Assembly: GCA_965222005.1 (NCBI GenBank)
Contig: OZ244935.1
Span: forward strand, 5,458,639 to 5,522,638
DNA length: 64,000 bases
Direction of reading: 5' to 3'
Source of the DNA: Saprospiraceae bacterium
GTDB taxonomy: Bacteria > Bacteroidota > Bacteroidia > Chitinophagales > Saprospiraceae
The position numbers were made by a program, and so were the translations under genes. Shown one piece after another: positions 61,725 to 64,000 of the stretch (positions are counted from its first letter, which is position 1; each line of letters starts with the position of its first letter). The notes below the pieces were generated by a model. It was not told where the DNA came from. It saw nothing but the letters and a program-made list of their open reading frames with translations, and did no database searches.

Positions 61725-64000
61725 TTAATAAAGTCCGAACACACTCTTAATTACAACCAGCTTTTGGGCCTCAAAATCAGCGATCCCGTTTTCCAGCTTT
61801 ACGATATAGGTCCCGCCCGAAAGCGATGTAAGCGATATTTCTTCCCTACCCTCTTGCAGCTTTTGCTTTACTACCCGCCTTCCCCGCAGATCGTAAATCG
61901 TCAAGTGCATATCATTTGATTTACTAAAATGCTTCTCATCTACATTTACAATAACCGCATCGCGGGCCGGATTGGGTTGAAGATGGAATAAATCAGGCGC
62001 TGCCGGATCGGATGAATTGGACGAAAAAACCACCCTGTTCCAGCCGCCAGAACCACATACCGAAGCAGGTTCAACTTCTATTTGTCTGGTGAGGTCCTTC
62101 CATTCACCACACAGTTTGTATTTCAATGCGATGATATAATCGCCTTCTGTAATTACAAATTCATTGCCGCTCAATATGTTAAATTCACTCGTTGACACAT
62201 CCTTGAAGTCTATCTGGTTCTCTACACTGCTGCCCTCATAATATACCTCATCCACAGCCCCAATATCCGTTTTCACAATGCCAAGCTCTACCGTATCGCT
62301 CGACCGTCTTACATCGCTATAATCAACGATCAGATAAGTATCCTCCACACAAGCATCAGCAGGTACTACTACATTATTGCAGGAGTCGCAGGAAATATAT
62401 ACCGACACTTCATTGCCCATCTCCCCCGCTTGACCAGCTTTTGCATTGAAATAATACGTCTGGTCAGGCTCCAATCGGGTAAACGTAAGCGAATTAATGC
62501 TTCCATCTACCCAAATAGGCGAATCGCCCTGCGGCAATCCCGTCCCTTCATAAGGCTCCCCTGAATCCGTATCGTAATATACATAATACCCGCCGGCTCC
62601 TCTGGAATAAAAAGAAAGTGTTGCCCGCTGGCAGGCTACATCAAGGCTGATAAAGGGCGCATCAGGAGCTTTTCCTATTCCCATCAACCGATCAGCTCTC
62701 AGCACAGGGCCATAGCCCGTATCTCCTACCAAATAAGATATCTTTGCTCTAACCGTTCCATCGGGGTTTCTGAGCCAATAATTGCCACCTGGCAAATCGG
62801 GCAAATCCCAACCGATCAGATAGTGTGAGGTATGAGACAATAACGTATGTGCTCCATTATTGGAATAGGCTTCTATTTTCATCTCTTCCGGGATGGTAAA
62901 ATAATCGTTATACGGATAATGATCATCTATGGCCCCAACTACCCAAATGGGCTCTCCTTCATAAATAATCGTTCGTTCATCATAGCCCGTAGGATGATTG
63001 GGGTCCGTGTTTTCTACACAACACTGGTCGATCCACGCATAATCCTCACTGGTAATGGGGTTGACCATCCAGCCCATATCTTCCAGCATGCCCCTGATCA
63101 TGGGGCCTATAAAGTAGGGGCCGGAATAGGCAGGTGTCATCAGGTTGTTGCCATTGGTGGCTGAGGCAAAATCCTGGCTGATGTGAACATAGGAACCTCC
63201 TGGTGTCCAATTAGGCGGCGCATAAATGCCAATAGGATTGCCATCATTTCCGGCTATCCCGTTAGGCCCACACCAATAGATATTACCGGAAGTAAGCAAC
63301 TGACCCAACTCCACCGAGGGATTTTGAATTGAGTCCTGATCGATCAAGTCCAATATAAAAACACCATTCTCATCACATATAAATCGATCCCAGATAGTGA
63401 TAGTTGAAAAACCCGTCCCGGCACTTCCAATAGTACCAATTCCCGTGCTGTCCACCACTGTTCCGCGAGTCGTAAACCCCAGCACATGACCAATTTCATG
63501 TAAAGCGACAGAAACAAAATCAGTTTGCCCTTGAGGCGGGTTGCCATCTAAGCCAAAATACCAATCCACATCATTATCCATAGAAACATGACCATCAGTC
63601 CAATTTGGCAATACATCAAATCCCGCCAGCTTATTAGCCAACGCATTGGGATAATCTGTATCCGGAACAACGCCATTGACATTAACGAGCAATTCTTTCT
63701 GAGTGAAATTTGGAATAGCTTGGCCAATTGTCCCACTTTGAGGTATATCAAAATAAGAAGCAGTAATCATAATAATCACATCACTTATAATTACCTCCTC
63801 CCACATCCTGGCCGCCTCATCAAACGCCATAATGGCTTCGGCGGGCCAATCATCACTATTTAAATACTCAATGGCAATTGTAGTTGATCGATAATTATTT
63901 GAGGCAGGTGGTCTGGTAACAGAAGTATGTGTTTGAACATCAGCCTTATAATAATAAATCGGATCTCCAGAGTACTGTGAATAAACACTAAGCGGTAAGA
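61725..64000 (-). CDS. T9SS-sorted zinc metalloprotease (HEXXH), 5' end beyond the window
   Basis: HEIGHVLGF zinc-binding motif. C-terminal T9SS sorting domain (…LQPNPARDAVIVNV…TIYDLRGRRVV…LSGGTYIVKL…). The reading frame stays open upstream of the first Met at 63830 (…SNNYRSTTIAIEYLNSDDWPAEAIMAFDEA…), so the gene is N-terminally truncated by the window edge. Confidence 0.6.
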   Translation of the reverse strand, partial: LPLSVYSQYSGDPIYYYKADVQTHTSVTRPPASNNYRSTTIAIEYLNSDDWPAEAIMAFDEAARMWEEVIISDVIIMITASYFDIPQSGTIGQAIPNFTQKELLVNVNGVVPDTDYPNALANKLAGFDVLPNWTDGHVSMDNDVDWYFGLDGNPPQGQTDFVSVALHEIGHVLGFTTRGTVVDSTGIGTIGSAGTGFSTITIWDRFICDENGVFILDLIDQDSIQNPSVELGQLLTSGNIYWCGPNGIAGNDGNPIGIYAPPNWTPGGSYVHISQDFASATNGNNLMTPAYSGPYFIGPMIRGMLEDMGWMVNPITSEDYAWIDQCCVENTDPNHPTGYDERTIIYEGEPIWVVGAIDDHYPYNDYFTIPEEMKIEAYSNNGAHTLLSHTSHYLIGWDLPDLPGGNYWLRNPDGTVRAKISYLVGDTGYGPVLRADRLMGIGKAPDAPFISLDVACQRATLSFYSRGAGGYYVYYDTDSGEPYEGTGLPQGDSPIWVDGSINSLTFTRLEPDQTYYFNAKAGQAGEMGNEVSVYISCDSCNNVVVPADACVEDTYLIVDYSDVRRSSDTVELGIVKTDIGAVDEVYYEGSSVENQIDFKDVSTSEFNILSGNEFVITEGDYIIALKYKLCGEWKDLTRQIEVEPASVCGSGGWNRVVFSSNSSDPAAPDLFHLQPNPARDAVIVNVDEKHFSKSNDMHLTIYDLRGRRVVKQKLQEGREEISLTSLSGGTYIVKLENGIADFEAQKLVVIKSVFGLY

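Overview
This 64-kb window looks like a Bacteroidetes chromosome segment. Type-IX secretion (T9SS) C-terminal sorting domains are frequent, the glutamine synthetase is type III, and the amylomaltase carries CBM20 modules.

Layout, in order:
- 1-8.2 kb is an insertion-sequence graveyard. A 5'-truncated SprB-repeat adhesin remnant is followed by an ISL3-family element whose transposase is frameshifted. An IS21 element sits inside the ISL3 left inverted repeat, flanked by a 7-bp CTCTCTA target-site duplication. That IS21's istA is itself split by a second, intact IS21 flanked by a 6-bp GCTGAT duplication. Two copies of a 161-bp MITE-like element with 13-bp terminal inverted repeats follow.
- 8.2-32.7 kb is mostly housekeeping and envelope genes: a CBS-pair protein, T9SS cargo proteins, a two-gene operon of unknown function encoding a 1032-aa outer-membrane protein, a fasciclin lipoprotein, glnN (GSIII), malQ (GH77 with CBM20), a DUF2231/cytochrome c membrane protein, a DinB-like protein, a GH78 rhamnosidase, an NlpC/P60 peptidase, a C-N hydrolase, prs, rplY, and an NfeD-flotillin operon.
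- 32.7-42 kb holds an OmpA/coiled-coil outer-membrane gene pair, an IS701-like element, and a 1278-aa PKD/GH-A-like T9SS protein.
- 42.3-55.3 kb is the most interesting region. Two giant SprB-repeat T9SS adhesins each carry dockerin-like and cohesin-like modules. Each is transcribed divergently from a paralogous, uncharacterised ~485-aa all-alpha protein. Between them lie three paralogous ~200-aa secreted proteins (CarboxypepD_reg-like plus dockerin-like) and a YeaQ/YmgE-type membrane protein.
- 55.3-64 kb holds gcvP, two tandemly duplicated T9SS cargo genes whose 5' and 3' ends are near-identical (mosaic gene conversion), and a partial T9SS-sorted HEXXH zinc metalloprotease that runs off the window end.

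No rRNA, tRNA or CRISPR features were found by eye.
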